From: the human T2T-CHM13v2.0 reference genome, Homo sapiens
Length of the DNA stretch: 64,000 bases
Reading direction: 5' to 3' (one strand)
Assembly: GCF_009914755.1 (NCBI RefSeq)
Contig: NC_060934.1
The translations under genes were made by a program, and so were the position numbers. Every line of letters begins with the position of its first letter. Within the stretch, counting starts at the first letter, position 1. Shown in pieces: positions 62,252-64,000 of the stretch. The notes beneath the pieces are model-generated. The model saw nothing but the letters and a program-made list of their open reading frames with translations. It ran no database searches and was not told the DNA's origin.

Positions 62252-62374
62252 GAAATGTATTAATTTATTAGCTTTTATTGTGAGTAATGAAAGATTATAC
62301 TTCTGTCCTTAGATCATATTGATAGTATTTATAACGTTACATAATTCTATATTTTGCTCCAAAAAAAAATCTGT

Positions 62375-62676
62375 GGCCAGGCACGCTGGCTCATGCTTGT
62401 AATCCCAGCACTTTGGGAGGCTGAGGTGGGAGGATCACTTAAGGTCAGGAGTTTGAGACCAGCCTGGCCAACATAGTGAAACCCTGTCTCTACTAAAAAT
62501 ACAAAAATTAGCTGGGCATGGTGGTGCGTTCCTGTAGTCTCAGATACTCGAGAGTCTGAGGCAGAAAAATCGCTTGAACCCTGGAAGTGGAGGTTGTAGT
62601 GAGCCGTGATTATGCCACTGAACTCCAGTCTGGGCGACAGAGCAAGACTCAGGCTCAAAAAAAAAAAAAAAAAAAA
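62375..62676 (+). mobile_element. Alu (S-type)
   Basis: Full dimer with poly(A). Confidence 0.92.
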
Positions 62677-63734
62677 TTGCATTGCTGCAACATGAGAAAG
62701 CTGCTCCTCTAGTCAGAGTATGGCTAAGGGAAGTACATCATAACTTTTAATCACTGATATGTGATTAAAATTTTAAAGTTTTGATAACATTTTAATTAAT
62801 GATTTAAGATGTTTGGCTAATTTCCATCTGAATTTAGATTCAAGCACTTTGCAAGCCTGTTTTAATCTCTATGCTTAAAAAATCTACATATTAATAAAAT
62901 CAGCCTTACTACATACAAGCTGTCAACAAACTCTGTTCTAAACACAGTGGTGGTATGAAGTCAAGTACCTTTCTAGCTAATGGTAGTCAGCTTACACAGT
63001 TGTTCAATGGGGCAACACAATCATATCTCCAATTGTTACAGAGATTGAAATGATTATCATCTGAACTACTGCACTTGTGGCAAAGTTTTCTTTCTCAAGA
63101 AGGTTTTTGGTAAAATACAGATCTATCAACAGGAGATACCATTACATTTTTAGCACTTACCATATCATTTGCAGAGGGATAGACTCAGAATATGATAGTT
63201 GCCATGAAAAATAGTGAACAGTAAAAACTGAACTAAATGGAATATAGAACACAAGTATTGGAATGGGAGGCAAACGTTAAGAGGAAGAGATATGGGAAAA
63301 TATATCAACTCATTATTCAAGCTTATTTAAGCTTCATTTACATCACAAAAAGTTTCCATTCACAACCTTTTCAAATAAAACTGAAAGGTTTCCATGATAT
63401 TTTAAAAATATAATCTGTATTTTATCTTAACAAGAACTTGGAACAATATTCTATCCACCATTCCTGATCCAAACAAGTGCCCAATCTTCATCTATCTTGC
63501 CTCATATTTTCAGTATAAAGAGCCCATTCACTTTTTAGGGAAAAAAGACACAAATAACACAATGGCACAATTGTTAAGTTTCTCATTATATACAACCCTA
63601 TAGCTAATAATGCACATGTCATTTCCATTTCTAGGTTGACTAATTTTGATGGGCAGAAGTGCTCTAAAGTATGCTTTTATAAACCTCATATCACGTGGTA
63701 CTCCATGGCTGAAACATGGCTTAATGCATGTTTT

Positions 63735-63840
63735 AGGATGGTGAAGGAAGGAGAGAAGGGAAAAAGAAAAGACGAAGAAAAGAAGAAAGAAAAAGGAAGG
63801 TGAAGGAAAGGAAGAGAGATGAAGAAAGAAAATGAAAATA
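63735..63840 (+). repeat. GA-rich low-complexity tract
   Basis: Direct reading. Confidence 0.8.
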
Positions 63841-64000
63841 TGACCATGTTATAAAGAAAATTGAAAACATATAATTATTTTTTCTTAATTTTAGCCTGTG
63901 TAGAAACTCTTAAGCCTGATGATGAGATAGATATTTTTTGCCATAAATTACATGAATCTATTCATTTTTACATTCTTATTATATAGCATTAGAATATGTT

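Overview
AT-rich human (or great-ape) genomic DNA lying wholly inside the large PCDH15 gene (protocadherin-15, hair-cell tip-link component; USH1F/DFNB23), transcribed on the minus strand. Three coding exons with canonical AG/GT borders are present: 48555-48715 (161 nt), 38896-39051 (156 nt) and 16148-16267 (120 nt). They match canonical exons 4, 5 and 6 and encode most of cadherin repeat EC1 and the start of EC2. Everything else is intron filled with repeats: about 14 Alus, L1 fragments of several ages, two full-length MaLRs each nested in an older LTR, solo LTRs, a decayed ERVL segment, DNA transposons, MIR/L2 and simple repeats. Nearly all ORF-track entries are repeat-derived or spurious. 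I found no evidence of a new gene system. The most interesting structures are an L1PA3 with an apparent 3' transduction, a direct-repeat/fold-back rearrangement near 25.1-25.5 kb, inverted AluYs bracketing in-frame exon 6, a hairpin-unit AT minisatellite expanded inside an old LTR, and a tiny 5'-inverted L1. Repeat subfamily names come from recalled consensus sequences and need RepeatMasker/Dfam confirmation.
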